Shown piece after piece: positions 18,724 through 28,595 of a stretch of 64,000 nt of DNA. The notes below the pieces were generated by a model, which saw only the letters and a list, made by a program, of their open reading frames with translations, was not told the origin of the DNA and searched no databases. Position 1 is the first letter of the stretch. Each line of letters opens with the position of its first letter. The DNA is from Blastocatellia bacterium (GTDB lineage Bacteria > Acidobacteriota > Blastocatellia > UBA7656): the NCBI GenBank assembly GCA_035258805.1, contig DATFWY010000037.1, forward strand, positions 350-64,349, given 5' to 3'. Made by a program: the position numbers and the translations under genes.

Positions 18724-20127
18724 ATGCTTTCCATCCGGGCAAAACTTACGCTCTGGTATTTGAGCCTCGCAGCATTGGCATTACTTGTTTTTGCGACTGC
18801 GATTTACGTCTCTTTTTCGCGCGGCCTGCTGAACACCATTGATGCGTCACTGAACAACCATGCAGAACGCATCGCTCAAGCTGTCGGACATCCTTCGGCT
18901 ACTGAAGAAGCGAGTCAACCCGGAGTGTTAATTCTGGTCCCACAGTTCGTCTCGGTGCTCAATAGAGATGGAAAGGTAACGGACCAAATACTGGATGCGG
19001 AGGGCCACGAGGTTCCAATAACCCAGCCTGCACTTGAACGCGTTGTAAAGGATTGGAAGCCCGAATACGACGAAGTTGCACTATCTGAATCGGAACACGC
19101 GCGTACAATTACCTGGCCGGCTCGAGATGAAGACGGCGAGTTGTTCTATGTTGTTGTAGGCCAATCTCTGAAGGACGTCGAGCGAGCCCAAAATCAATTG
19201 CTTCTCCTTTTGGCAGTGGCGAACCCTATCGCTCTTCTACTCGCGAGTCTCGGAGGTCTTTGGCTGGCAAATAAGGCGCTAAGGCCTGTTGACAGGCTGA
19301 CTCGCGCAGCGGAGCGGATCGGTCGCGGCAATCTCAAAGAGAGAGTTGAAGAGCCCCGATCTCATGACGAGATTGGACGCCTGGCGGAAACCTTTAATCA
19401 AATGATCGGACGCCTGGAGAGCGCTTTCGAACGCGAGCGTCAGTTCACAGCTGATGCATCTCACGAGCTCAAGACGCCTCTGGCAGTTCTGCGAGGCGAC
19501 ATAGAAGTCGCACTTCGGCGGGAACGAACACCGGAAGAGTACAAGAGGGTTCTCCACTCGAGCCTTGAAGAGATCGCACGGCTAACCAAGCTGGTTGAGG
19601 ACCTGTTGACCCTGGCGCGCTCTGATGCCAATGAAGCGGTACTCGAGCTCGAAGATGTGGAGCTGGATCGACTAGCATCGGAGGCACGGGCTTACATCGC
19701 TCCGCTCGCACATTCAGCGGGCGTCTCATTGAGCTATCAGCCACCCGACGCGCCTGTAATCGTTGAAGGGGATCACAAGCGATTGAAGCAGTTGTTGGTA
19801 AACCTTCTCGATAATGCGATCAAGTACACCTCCGACGGCGGCAGTGCAAAACTATCGCTCGCGGTAGAAAACTCCTCCGCGGTCATTGAGGTAGCGGACA
19901 CTGGCCGCGGAATCCCCGCTAGTGCCCTGCCTCATATCTTCGATAGGTTTTATCGACAAACCGATCCTCGAGACTCTCGGGTAACCGGTTTTGGACTGGG
20001 CCTCGCGATATCAAAATGGATCGTCGATGCACATGGCGGATCGATAGAAGCTCAAAGCACCGCCGGCGCAGGCACAAACTTCATAATCCGCCTTCCGCTG
20101 GCCAAAAGAAACGGGACCGGGGCCTGA
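18724..20127 (+). CDS. Sensor histidine kinase (two TM segments, periplasmic loop, HAMP, HisKA, HATPase_c)
   Basis: 467 aa. H-box FTADASHELKTPLAVL. N-box LLDNAIKYT. G-boxes DTGRGIP and GFGLGLAISKWIV. Confidence 0.9.
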   Translation: MLSIRAKLTLWYLSLAALALLVFATAIYVSFSRGLLNTIDASLNNHAERIAQAVGHPSATEEASQPGVLILVPQFVSVLNRDGKVTDQILDAEGHEVPITQPALERVVKDWKPEYDEVALSESEHARTITWPARDEDGELFYVVVGQSLKDVERAQNQLLLLLAVANPIALLLASLGGLWLANKALRPVDRLTRAAERIGRGNLKERVEEPRSHDEIGRLAETFNQMIGRLESAFERERQFTADASHELKTPLAVLRGDIEVALRRERTPEEYKRVLHSSLEEIARLTKLVEDLLTLARSDANEAVLELEDVELDRLASEARAYIAPLAHSAGVSLSYQPPDAPVIVEGDHKRLKQLLVNLLDNAIKYTSDGGSAKLSLAVENSSAVIEVADTGRGIPASALPHIFDRFYRQTDPRDSRVTGFGLGLAISKWIVDAHGGSIEAQSTAGAGTNFIIRLPLAKRNGTGA

Positions 20128-20245
20128 CCCGATCTGCTCCTCCCAGTCAAAGCGAGTCGGAAATGCTTTCCGGAATATTTCTTAGCTTTCTTCGTATCTC
20201 GTTCGACACTCACCGTACGCGCATGCCAGAATTCCATAGAACCGA

Positions 20246-22768
20246 ATGAGGCAGGTAAGACTTTTATCAGCGGGCAGATTGGTTGCGCTTGGTGTATTCC
20301 TAACCATAGGCGCGGCGCTTGTCGTTTATCTTGTTTTCCGAAACAAGCACGTTCAACAGGAACCCGGCAGGCCAAAGCTCCAGGGTAAAGTTGTTGCGGT
20401 GTTCAGCAACACCCACTACTCCCACGAGGTAAACGGGCAGGTACGATTTAACATAACCGCAGGAACTGATCGGACTTATCAGGATGGAACTCACGAACTC
20501 GAGCAGGTCAAACTCGAGTCCTACGGCTCCGCAGGCAATCGACACGATGTCGTCACCTGCGACCGCGCAAAAGTTAGTGATCCCTCCGACCTCGAAAAAC
20601 TCGATGCTGAGTTCATTTCTAATGTTGTCGTGCAAACCTCTGAGGGACTCACTGTAAAAACAACCTACCTTCACTACGATCAAACTACAAACACTGTTGA
20701 TACAAAAGAGTTGGTTGAATTTTCAGGACGCAACTATGAAGGTCGTGGAACGGGCGTAATCCTGGAAGCTGCGATTGAGCGCGCAAGTCTCCTTAAAGAT
20801 GTCGACATAACAATCAAACCCGAAAGCGAATCGGCCAGTGACTTGAAAGCGCCGGAGAGCCGCGCTGCTTCATCGCAGGAGGAAACCCCGGAAGAGAGAG
20901 AGGCTCGCAAGGCTCGAAAATGGGCGCTTAAGCAACAGAGACGACGCGAGGCCGAGGCCCTCGCTCAGGCTAAAGCTTCCGGGTCAACAGAGGACAAATT
21001 GGCGCGTAAGAAGAAACGAAAGGAAACAGCAGAGAGCGCGGCTGGAGACACGCCTCAACTAGTCGCGGCAGGTCCAAGGGCACGGAAGTCGGAACCCGGA
21101 AAACCCGCTGTAAATAAACCAGTAAGGATTCAAAGCGAATCGGCGATACTGGACAAGAAGGAACATCAGATTGCGTTCAATGGCCACGCAACAGTTACGC
21201 AGGACGCCGATGAGATGCGGGCAGACAAAATGGTCTGTTACACCGATGCTTCAAATCACATCGAACGAATAGAGGCTCGCGGCGGTTCATATCTAAAACA
21301 GACTGATAAAGCGGAAATCAGTTCGCCGGATATGGACTTTTACTTCGGCGAGACGCATCAACTCTCGCGAGCAGTTGCGCTGGGCGGCGCATCGACACGG
21401 TCGTTGGGCGTCGATCCCGTTCGAGAGGCGAGCGCTGACACCATCGAAGCTACCTTTGTAGAGAGTGCTCAAGCTAGTTTGGTTGATACGATCAATGCGC
21501 AGGGCAATGCGTTGATGAAGATTCACGCGCCGACGGCTACGGCCAAAAACGCAAACCCGACCGTGCGCGAACTTAAGGCGGATAATGTTTCCATTCAATT
21601 CTTTTCTGACGGTCGGAATATCAAATCCGCTGAGGCCCACGGCAAGGCCGTACTGACTGTTACGCCAGTTCGCCCCGACCGTCGCGCAGACAAAAAGACC
21701 CTGCACGCGCCAAATATGGAGGCTTCTTTTTACGACACCGCCAACCGCATAAAATCCTTTTTCGCTAAGGAGAACGTAAGGGTTGAGATCGAGCCGACGG
21801 TACCGGATGCTCATCCTACACGCGTCACGACCAGCACCTCGGCAAGAGCAGACTTTTTGGAAGACACCCAGGACATCGATCGGGTCATCCAGGACGGCAA
21901 CTTCAAATACAACGAAGGTGATCGGAATGGCACAGCAGATAAGGCCACATACGATGGACAAAAAGAGGTGCTTAATCTACGCGGAGGACGGCCGATGGTA
22001 TGGGACGCCAAAGCGCGTACCCAGGCAGATGAGATCGATTATGATCGGCAACGGGACGAGACTCACGCACGCGGAGATGTCCGCACGACCTATTACAGCC
22101 GTGAGACAACGAACGATTCGACACCGTTCAAAAACACCAAATCGCCTGTGTTTATTACGGCCGAACGTGCCGACGCTCAAAATGAGGCAGGAATAGCGGT
22201 TTACACAATAAATGCTCGCGGCTGGCAGGATGACAACTTTATTAAGGCAAACAGAATAGAGCTCTATCAAGACGACAAACGAATGGTTGCGATCGGTAAT
22301 GTCGAGAGCGCGCTTTATCAGGCCAAGCGCGAAACATCGCCGGGAACTAAGGAGGTGGTTCCAGGTTTTGCGACGGCGGAGAAGATGACCTACTCGGATC
22401 CCGAAAGGAAGATTCATTACGAAGGCAATGTGAAAGCGCGGCAGGGTACGGATCGGATCGAAGCAGCCTTTGTTGATGTTTTTCTGATGCAGGAGACCAA
22501 TGAGGTCGATCATCTCACCGCTGAGGGGAGCGTGGTGCTGACCCAGCCAGGACGGCGCGGGGTGGGCGATAAGCTCGCGTATACGTCTGAAGACGGTCGA
22601 GCAATTTTGACGGGCAAATCCGCGCGAGTCGACGACGTTGAGAAGGGCTCTACAATGGGCTCTCAATTGACTTTCTATAGTCGCGATGATAGGATTGTCG
22701 TCGAAAATCAACAGGGTACGGGCCGTGTCCGATCGACGCATCGTTTGACTAAGAGCAAGCAGAATTGA
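20246..22768 (+). CDS. Membrane-anchored LptC-like domain fused to multiple LptA/OstA-like repeats
   Basis: 840 aa. N-terminal TM anchor (LVALGVFLTIGAALVVYLVF). LptC-like beta-jellyroll. A K/R/E-rich linker about 90 aa long. Then at least four OstA-type repeats (e.g. FNGHATVTQDADEMRADKMVCY; LRGGRPMVWDAKARTQADEIDY; ILTGKSARVDDVEKGSTMGSQLTFY). It lies immediately upstream of lptB-rpoN, the position of lptC-lptA in other bacteria. It ends without an aromatic beta-barrel terminus, which argues against LptD. Confidence 0.6.
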   Translation: MRQVRLLSAGRLVALGVFLTIGAALVVYLVFRNKHVQQEPGRPKLQGKVVAVFSNTHYSHEVNGQVRFNITAGTDRTYQDGTHELEQVKLESYGSAGNRHDVVTCDRAKVSDPSDLEKLDAEFISNVVVQTSEGLTVKTTYLHYDQTTNTVDTKELVEFSGRNYEGRGTGVILEAAIERASLLKDVDITIKPESESASDLKAPESRAASSQEETPEEREARKARKWALKQQRRREAEALAQAKASGSTEDKLARKKKRKETAESAAGDTPQLVAAGPRARKSEPGKPAVNKPVRIQSESAILDKKEHQIAFNGHATVTQDADEMRADKMVCYTDASNHIERIEARGGSYLKQTDKAEISSPDMDFYFGETHQLSRAVALGGASTRSLGVDPVREASADTIEATFVESAQASLVDTINAQGNALMKIHAPTATAKNANPTVRELKADNVSIQFFSDGRNIKSAEAHGKAVLTVTPVRPDRRADKKTLHAPNMEASFYDTANRIKSFFAKENVRVEIEPTVPDAHPTRVTTSTSARADFLEDTQDIDRVIQDGNFKYNEGDRNGTADKATYDGQKEVLNLRGGRPMVWDAKARTQADEIDYDRQRDETHARGDVRTTYYSRETTNDSTPFKNTKSPVFITAERADAQNEAGIAVYTINARGWQDDNFIKANRIELYQDDKRMVAIGNVESALYQAKRETSPGTKEVVPGFATAEKMTYSDPERKIHYEGNVKARQGTDRIEAAFVDVFLMQETNEVDHLTAEGSVVLTQPGRRGVGDKLAYTSEDGRAILTGKSARVDDVEKGSTMGSQLTFYSRDDRIVVENQQGTGRVRSTHRLTKSKQN

Positions 22769-22777
22769 AGCATCAAG

Positions 22778-23575
22778 ATGATAGAAGAAGTGTCCGTGAT
22801 CGAAAGCACGACCGGTGACGCCGAGCCGCAATCCAAGATTCCACTCCAACAAATCAGCGTATTGTCAGTCGAGAGCCTGCAAAAGTCTTACCGCAAGCGC
22901 AGAGTGGTCGACAACGTATCGCTTGACATACATCAGGCCGAGATTGTCGGTCTCCTGGGTCCCAACGGGGCCGGCAAAACCACGATTTTCTATATGATCG
23001 TGGGTCTCGAACGACCAGACTCAGGCAAGATCCTTCTTGATTCCAAAGACATTTCAAAACTGCCGATGTATTTGCGCGCGAGGGATGGAATAAGCTACTT
23101 GCCCCAGGAAGCATCGGTTTTCCGGAAACTTACGGTCGAAGAAAACATTCTTTTGGTGCTTGAGACTTTGCCGCTTACCAAAGCGGAACGGGAACATCGC
23201 CTTGAGTTATTGCTCAGCGAACTCGACATCGCTTATGTGCGTCACACTAAGGCGTACCAGCTATCCGGGGGCGAACGGCGGAGGACTGAAATTGCGCGGT
23301 GTCTGGTTATTGAACCCCGGTTTATTCTGCTGGATGAACCGTTTGCGGGAATTGATCCAATTGCGGTTATTGATATACAGCGGATTTTGCAGAGGCTGCG
23401 CGAGCGAGGCATCGGAGTACTGATTACCGACCATAATGTGCGAGAGACTCTGGCGATTACCGACAGAGCGTATATAATTAATGACGGCAAGATTTTTCGC
23501 GCGGGGACCCCTGAGGAACTCACTCGCGACGAAAATGTGAGACGCGTATATCTAGGGGAGAATTTTAGAATGTAG
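22778..23575 (+). CDS. lptB: LPS export ABC transporter ATP-binding protein
   Basis: 265 aa. Walker [10 protein letters not shown], signature [15 protein letters not shown], Walker B ILLDEP. Conserved position before rpoN. Confidence 0.92.
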   Translation: MIEEVSVIESTTGDAEPQSKIPLQQISVLSVESLQKSYRKRRVVDNVSLDIHQAEIVGLLGPNGAGKTTIFYMIVGLERPDSGKILLDSKDISKLPMYLRARDGISYLPQEASVFRKLTVEENILLVLETLPLTKAEREHRLELLLSELDIAYVRHTKAYQLSGGERRRTEIARCLVIEPRFILLDEPFAGIDPIAVIDIQRILQRLRERGIGVLITDHNVRETLAITDRAYIINDGKIFRAGTPEELTRDENVRRVYLGENFRM

Positions 23576-23681
23576 TCAGTTGTCATTGGGCATTTGTTTT
23601 TGGTCGTTTCTCATTTCTGAGTTCTGTTAACAAATGGCTATGACCAGATGACAAGAACAAATGACAATTGAAGAATGAACT

Positions 23682-25256
23682 ATGTCGGTCAAGCCACACC
23701 TAAGTACGAGCCTTTCTCAACGCCTTGTTTTGACGCCGCAGATGCGCCAGCGGATCGAGTTGCTGGCAATGACCAAGCTCGAGCTTGCGGACATGGTCCA
23801 GACCGAACTTTCTGCAAATCCCGTCCTGGATGAAGTGGCACCCGGAGAAGGGGTTGATGATAATTCTCCGCTCGCAGATGAACTCGCAGCGGTCGACGCT
23901 ACTACCGCAGATATCACCAGCCCCGGAGAGACAGCTACACCGCAGTCCGCGTCTGCGGATGGAACCGCTCCTGAAGCCCTTTCACCAAGCGAAGCAGTTA
24001 CCACAAGTACTACCACCACTGAGGCCAGCCCAGCGGATGGCGAAGCGGAGCCGGAACGTGAGCGAGATCCGTTTGAAGAGGTCGATTTCGGATCGACCTT
24101 CGAAGAGTACCTTGATCCCGGTTACAAGACGCACGAATACGAAGCAAAGGATGAGGTCTCATTCGAGAACATGCTCACTCGTCGAGATTCGTTATACGAG
24201 CAACTCATCTGGCAGCTTCATCTGACTGAATGCTCTGACGAAGTGCGGGCGGCCGGCGAAGCAATCATCGGTAACCTCGACGAAAACACCGGCTTCCTCG
24301 ATGCGACCGTCGAAGAGATCGCCGCGATGGGACCGTGGCCGGTTGAAACCGTTCAAGAGGCGGTCGCCATCGTGCAACGACTCGATCCGGTCGGATGCGC
24401 GGCTCGCGATGTCCGCGAATCGCTGTTGGTTCAACTCGATTACTACGGCTTCGGCGATCGGCTCGCGGTTCAAATGGTGCGAGATCATCTGGAGAGCCTA
24501 CAGACCCACAAGCTTCCTGACCTGACGAAAACCCTCGGAGTTCCCCTCGAGCAGATTCTTGAGGAGATGGAGATAATCAAGAAACTCGATCCGAAGCCTG
24601 GCCGCAAGTACTCATCAGAGGAAGCGCAGCCGGTGGTTCCGGAGGTCACAATCGAGAAAGTCGGGGACGACTACATAATTCGCTTCGAAGACGATGGGCT
24701 GCCGCACCTCCGCATCAACAGGACCTACAGGCAAATGATGGAGTCGAAGGATTCCTCCAAAGAAACCCGCGACTATATCAAAGAGCGGTTCCGCTCAGCG
24801 GTCGATTTACTGAAGAATATCGAACACCGGCGCCAGACTATTTATCGAGTCTGTCACTCGATAGTCGATCGCCAGCGTGACTTTCTCGATCATGGCATCG
24901 AGCACTTGAGACCGATGATGTTGAAGGACATCGCCGAAGATATCGGAATGCACCTGAGTACAGTCTCGCGCGTTGTAAATCGCAAATACGTGAACACGCC
25001 GCAAGGTGTCTATGAACTACGCCGCTTCTTCACTGAGGGAATGCGTAGTGACACCGGTGAGGATGTGTCAACGCGAGTGCTCAAGTTGAAGATCAAGAAA
25101 ATGATTGAAGCTGAAGACCCCCACCATCCGATTACCGACGACGAAGTGGCCAAGCGTTTGGCCAGGGACGGCGTGAAGATGAGCCGTCGCACCGTCGCAA
25201 AGTACCGCGACCAGATGCGCATCCCAGGCTCGAGAGAGCGCCGCGCCATCGTATAA
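23682..25256 (+). CDS. rpoN: RNA polymerase sigma-54 factor
   Basis: 524 aa. Region I Gln/Leu-rich ([18 protein letters not shown]), acidic region II, core-binding domain, C-terminal HTH and RpoN box (ARRTVAKYR). Confidence 0.95.
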   Translation: MSVKPHLSTSLSQRLVLTPQMRQRIELLAMTKLELADMVQTELSANPVLDEVAPGEGVDDNSPLADELAAVDATTADITSPGETATPQSASADGTAPEALSPSEAVTTSTTTTEASPADGEAEPERERDPFEEVDFGSTFEEYLDPGYKTHEYEAKDEVSFENMLTRRDSLYEQLIWQLHLTECSDEVRAAGEAIIGNLDENTGFLDATVEEIAAMGPWPVETVQEAVAIVQRLDPVGCAARDVRESLLVQLDYYGFGDRLAVQMVRDHLESLQTHKLPDLTKTLGVPLEQILEEMEIIKKLDPKPGRKYSSEEAQPVVPEVTIEKVGDDYIIRFEDDGLPHLRINRTYRQMMESKDSSKETRDYIKERFRSAVDLLKNIEHRRQTIYRVCHSIVDRQRDFLDHGIEHLRPMMLKDIAEDIGMHLSTVSRVVNRKYVNTPQGVYELRRFFTEGMRSDTGEDVSTRVLKLKIKKMIEAEDPHHPITDDEVAKRLARDGVKMSRRTVAKYRDQMRIPGSRERRAIV

Positions 25257-25358
25257 GTTTATATATCCGATCGCGGTTCGGATTCTTAATGATCGCAAGC
25301 CATGCTTCCTCTTATCCTCAGTCCGACACCAGCGATCCAAAGCCAAGGGAGATTATAG

Positions 25359-25892
25359 ATGGAATTCGAGTTCACTGGTCGTCACATCGACATAACCCCC
25401 GCAGTAGAGGCCCTGGTCCGCAAGGAGCTTGGCAAGCTTGATAAAGTGCTCGATTCTGCTCCGATGCGGGCACACGTGACGGTTTCCGCGGAAAAACATC
25501 GAAAGCGTACGGAAATAGTGGTCTATTGGCGCGATAGCGTCTTCACAGCGGTTGGTGAGAATTCCGATCTTTCGCAATCCGTAGCAGCGGCAGCAGTCAG
25601 GGTTCAAAAACAGGGTCTTCGGTTGAAAGAAAAATTCCACGCCAAAAAGCGAGGACGACAACCAACTAGAGCGGTGGCTCCAGTGCCGGGTGGAACTCTG
25701 GAAGCCGCCCCCAACGCTCCAAGAATAATTCTTCAGCGTCGGTATCGAGTTAAACCGATGACTCCCGAAGAAGCGGCAATACTTTTGGCAGACACCGATG
25801 ACCAGTTCATCGTGTTCCGTGACGCCGAAACGAACAGGGTGGGCGTTCTTTATAGCCGCACCGATGGTAACTTCGGCTTGATAGAACCGTGA
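25359..25892 (+). CDS. hpf: Ribosome hibernation promoting factor (long form)
   Basis: 177 aa. N-terminal S30AE fold (MEFEFTGRHIDITPAVEALVRKEL) plus C-terminal dimerisation domain (FIVFRDAETNRVGVLYSRTDGNFGLIEP). Confidence 0.92.
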   Translation: MEFEFTGRHIDITPAVEALVRKELGKLDKVLDSAPMRAHVTVSAEKHRKRTEIVVYWRDSVFTAVGENSDLSQSVAAAAVRVQKQGLRLKEKFHAKKRGRQPTRAVAPVPGGTLEAAPNAPRIILQRRYRVKPMTPEEAAILLADTDDQFIVFRDAETNRVGVLYSRTDGNFGLIEP

Positions 25893-26130
25893 AAAGACAG
25901 AAGGCAGAAAGCAGAAAGCAGAAAAGCAGTCGGCAGTAGGCAGAAAAGCAGTCGGCAGTAGGCAGAAGGCAGTCGGCAGTCGGCAGTCGGCAGAAAGCAG
26001 TAGGCAGAAGGCGGGTAGGCAGCTGACAAAATTTTTAGGGCCGTATTACTGCTGACTGCCTGCCGCCTTCTGCCTACTGTCTTCTGCCGACTGCCTACTG
26101 TCTTCTGCCGACTGCCTACCGCCCACTGAG
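25893..26130. repeat. ~240-bp stem-loop made of tandem heptamers (CAGNNGG family: cagaaag/cagtcgg/cagtagg/cagaagg) and their inverted complement, filling the entire hpf->rapZ spacer
   Basis: gacagaaggcagaaagcagaaagcagaaaagcagtcggcagtaggcag... loop ctgacaaaatttttagggccgtattactg ...ctgcctgccgccttctgcctactgtcttctgccgactgcctactg.... It begins 1 nt after the hpf stop and ends 7 nt before the rapZ ATG. Confidence 0.85.
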
Positions 26131-26137
26131 CTTCTAT

Positions 26138-27019
26138 ATGCCTGTTTCTGTTGTCATCATTACCGGCGTTTCGGGGTCGGGGATGTCTTCGGCGCTCAAG
26201 GACTTTGAGGACCTCGGATACTTCGCGATAGACAACCTGCCCGCCCAGCTTATCCCAACTTTCGTCAGGCTTTGTGACGATTCGCAGGAAATCGACAGGA
26301 CAGCTTTCGTCGTTGACGTTCGCGCGCGGGAATTTCTCAACAGGTTTCCCCGAATGTACCAGGAACTGAAGGAAAGGGGAGCGAACATTACCGTGCTCTT
26401 TCTGGAAGCCGATGACGACGTTCTGCTGCGCAGGTATAGTGAAACCCGCCGACCACACCCTCTGCCCGATCAGACCGTGCGTGAGGCGATAAGACAGGAA
26501 CGAGAACTGCTCTCCGAGATCCGCGAGCTTGCCGACCACGTCATCGATACGTCGGAACACACCGTGCACTCGCTGCGAGAGGTGATCCGGAACCAGTTCG
26601 CCGATAAGAGCGGGGCGCACGAGTTGAATGTAACCATCTCGTCTTTCGGGTTCAGGCACGGATCGCCGCGAGGTATGGATATGGTCTTCGACGTAAGGTT
26701 TCTGCCCAACCCGCACTTTCTGGCAGATCTCAGGCCGCTAACCGGACTCGATCCACGAGTCATAAAGTACTTGCAATCAGAAAGTGAGGTCGAAGATACT
26801 ATCGCGCGATTCGTCGACCTGCTCGCATATCTATTGCCGCGGTTTCAGCGTGAAGGAAAGAGTTACCTGACAGTCGGCGTCGGATGTACGGGCGGGCGCC
26901 ATCGCTCGGTTATGGTCGCCGAGGAGATCAGCAAAAAGCTGAAGGCACTTGGTTACGAGTCAAACGCAGTGCACCGGGATCTTGATAAGGACGAACACAG
27001 ATACAAAGTCGATGGATGA
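26138..27019 (+). CDS. rapZ: RNase adapter protein RapZ (YhbJ family P-loop NTPase)
   Basis: 293 aa. VIITGVSGSGMSSALKDFEDLGYFAIDNLP Walker A, then the conserved C-terminal domain. Confidence 0.93.
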   Translation: MPVSVVIITGVSGSGMSSALKDFEDLGYFAIDNLPAQLIPTFVRLCDDSQEIDRTAFVVDVRAREFLNRFPRMYQELKERGANITVLFLEADDDVLLRRYSETRRPHPLPDQTVREAIRQERELLSEIRELADHVIDTSEHTVHSLREVIRNQFADKSGAHELNVTISSFGFRHGSPRGMDMVFDVRFLPNPHFLADLRPLTGLDPRVIKYLQSESEVEDTIARFVDLLAYLLPRFQREGKSYLTVGVGCTGGRHRSVMVAEEISKKLKALGYESNAVHRDLDKDEHRYKVDG

Positions 27020-27025
27020 GTTGTC

Positions 27026-27433
27026 ATGATTGGCGCGGTAATAGTAACCCACGGACAACTGGCTAATGAGCTTGTCTCGTCCGCAGAAATGATTGTCGGC
27101 GAGATCACTCACATCACTGCGGTTTCAATAGGTTGGCACGATGACGTCGATGTGGCCCGCGAAGAGATCGAAAGAGCGATCCAGCGGGTAGATGCAGGCG
27201 ACGGAGTGCTTCTCCTGACCGATATGTTTGGCGGAACACCCACTAATATTGCGGCGAGCTTTCTGGGTTGCGCGCCGGTGGAGGTAGTGACTGGTGTGAA
27301 TCTGCCGATGGTTATCAAGCTGGCAACTCAGGAAGCTGATGAAACATTGCCCGACCTCGCGCGCCGTGTTCGAGATCAGGGTCAGCAACAGATTCATCTC
27401 GCGAGCGATATACTTACCCCTAAGAAAAAGTGA
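27026..27433 (+). CDS. PTS EIIA component, mannose/fructose (EIIA-Man) type
   Basis: 135 aa. MIGAVIVTHGQLANELVSSAEMIVGE...GVLLLTDMFGGTPTNIA matches the EIIA-Man fold with the phosphorylatable His near the N-terminus (VTHG). Confidence 0.8.
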   Translation: MIGAVIVTHGQLANELVSSAEMIVGEITHITAVSIGWHDDVDVAREEIERAIQRVDAGDGVLLLTDMFGGTPTNIAASFLGCAPVEVVTGVNLPMVIKLATQEADETLPDLARRVRDQGQQQIHLASDILTPKKK

Positions 27434-27536
27434 CCGGCTGTTCAATTCTGGATCTGATTCTCGGACTTGCATTCCAGCAGTGCAACGTAAATATCTCCGA
27501 TCAGAAAGGCCTGGTGTGAGACTGAAAAACTAGTTC

Positions 27537-28547
27537 ATGGTCCATGCGCCGCAAATCCGAGATCACAATGCAGCGGTTGAATCCTTCCTGTCCGTTTCAG
27601 ACCTTCGTGTTCATTTCCATACCGAAGACGGCGTGCTGGAAGCAGTGGGAGGCGTGAGTTTTGAAATAGGCAAGGCTGAAACGCTTGGTCTGGTTGGCGA
27701 AAGCGGCTGCGGGAAATCGGTCACCGCCTATTCGATTCTGAAGCTGCTGCCCGTCCCGCCGGCAGAATATGCCGGCGGCCAGATAAACTTTCGCGGCGAG
27801 AATCTTCTCGGCTATGACGATAAGGCTATGCGATCAATACGTGGCAACCTTATCTCCATGATTTTCCAGGAGCCGATGTCCTCGCTTAATCCGATAATGC
27901 CGATTGGAACTCAGATTACTGAAGCGATTCGCCAACACCGAAAGACATCCAGGAGAGAATCAAGACAGATTGCCATCGAAATGCTGCGGAGAGTTGGAAT
28001 ACCTTCAGCCGAGACGCGATTCAAGGAGTACCCACATCAGCTCTCGGGAGGAATGAAACAGAGGGCGATGATTGCAATGGCCCTGGTTTGCCGTCCGGCG
28101 CTGCTGATTGCCGATGAGCCTACGACGGCGCTTGATGTGACGATTCAAGCGCAGATCCTGGAGCTGCTCAATGAACTTCAAGGTGAACTGGAGATGTCCA
28201 TTTTGCTGATCACTCATGATCTTGGAGTTGTTGCCGAAACGTGTGACCGAGTAGCGGTCATGTATGCAGGAAAGGTAGTCGAATCGGCTCCTGTAGAGAC
28301 ACTCTTTTCACAACCGAAACACCCGTACACACATGGATTGTTTCGCTCGCTCCCTACACTGGGAAAGCGAAAAGATCAGCTTGATGTGATTCCGGGAGCG
28401 GTCCCAAACCCCTTAGATTTTCCATCAGGGTGCAGGTTTCGCACCCGGTGCCCGTTGGCACAGGATATTTGCAAAGAAGAACCGGCGCTTCGCGAGATTG
28501 AGTCAAATCACATCGCCGCCTGTCACTTTGCTGAAACGATAGAATAG
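27537..28547 (+). CDS. Oligopeptide/dipeptide-type ABC transporter ATP-binding protein (OppD/DppD-like)
   Basis: 336 aa. Walker A GESGCGKSVT, signature LSGGMKQRAMIAMAL, Walker B LLIADEPTTALD, C-terminal oligo_HPY extension with CxxxC motif. Confidence 0.88.
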   Translation: MVHAPQIRDHNAAVESFLSVSDLRVHFHTEDGVLEAVGGVSFEIGKAETLGLVGESGCGKSVTAYSILKLLPVPPAEYAGGQINFRGENLLGYDDKAMRSIRGNLISMIFQEPMSSLNPIMPIGTQITEAIRQHRKTSRRESRQIAIEMLRRVGIPSAETRFKEYPHQLSGGMKQRAMIAMALVCRPALLIADEPTTALDVTIQAQILELLNELQGELEMSILLITHDLGVVAETCDRVAVMYAGKVVESAPVETLFSQPKHPYTHGLFRSLPTLGKRKDQLDVIPGAVPNPLDFPSGCRFRTRCPLAQDICKEEPALREIESNHIAACHFAETIE

Positions 28548-28571
28548 GTCCTACTCAATATTGGTCCTATT
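28545..28571. repeat. TAGGTCCTA-type motif, two copies (taggtcctac...tggtcctat); first copy includes the oppD-like stop codon
   Basis: aTAGGTCCTActcaatatTGGTCCTATtg, 25-50 bp upstream of the oppF-like ATG (28596). Confidence 0.5.
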
Positions 28572-28595
28572 GCATTCGGTTTGCGACACTGAATC

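Noticed and set aside
20246-22768. Alternative call of the 840-aa protein as LptD
   Set aside because: It has an N-terminal membrane anchor rather than a signal peptide and no aromatic C-terminal beta-barrel signature. Its position directly before lptB fits lptC/lptA.
21977-22852. 291-aa minus-strand ORF overlapping the 3' end of the LptC/A-like gene and the lptB start
   Set aside because: Overlaps two well-supported plus-strand genes; no recognisable domain.
25265-25290. Small hairpin after rpoN (atccga-tcgcggt-tcggat followed by tcttaat) as a Rho-independent terminator
   Set aside because: The stem is only 6 bp with a weak T-tract, and hpf normally continues the operon. Too weak to report as a feature.
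25850-26716. 288-aa minus-strand ORF spanning the hpf-rapZ repeat and the 5' half of rapZ
   Set aside because: It is antisense to a well-supported rapZ and runs through the simple-repeat hairpin; its translation is low-complexity. Judged spurious.
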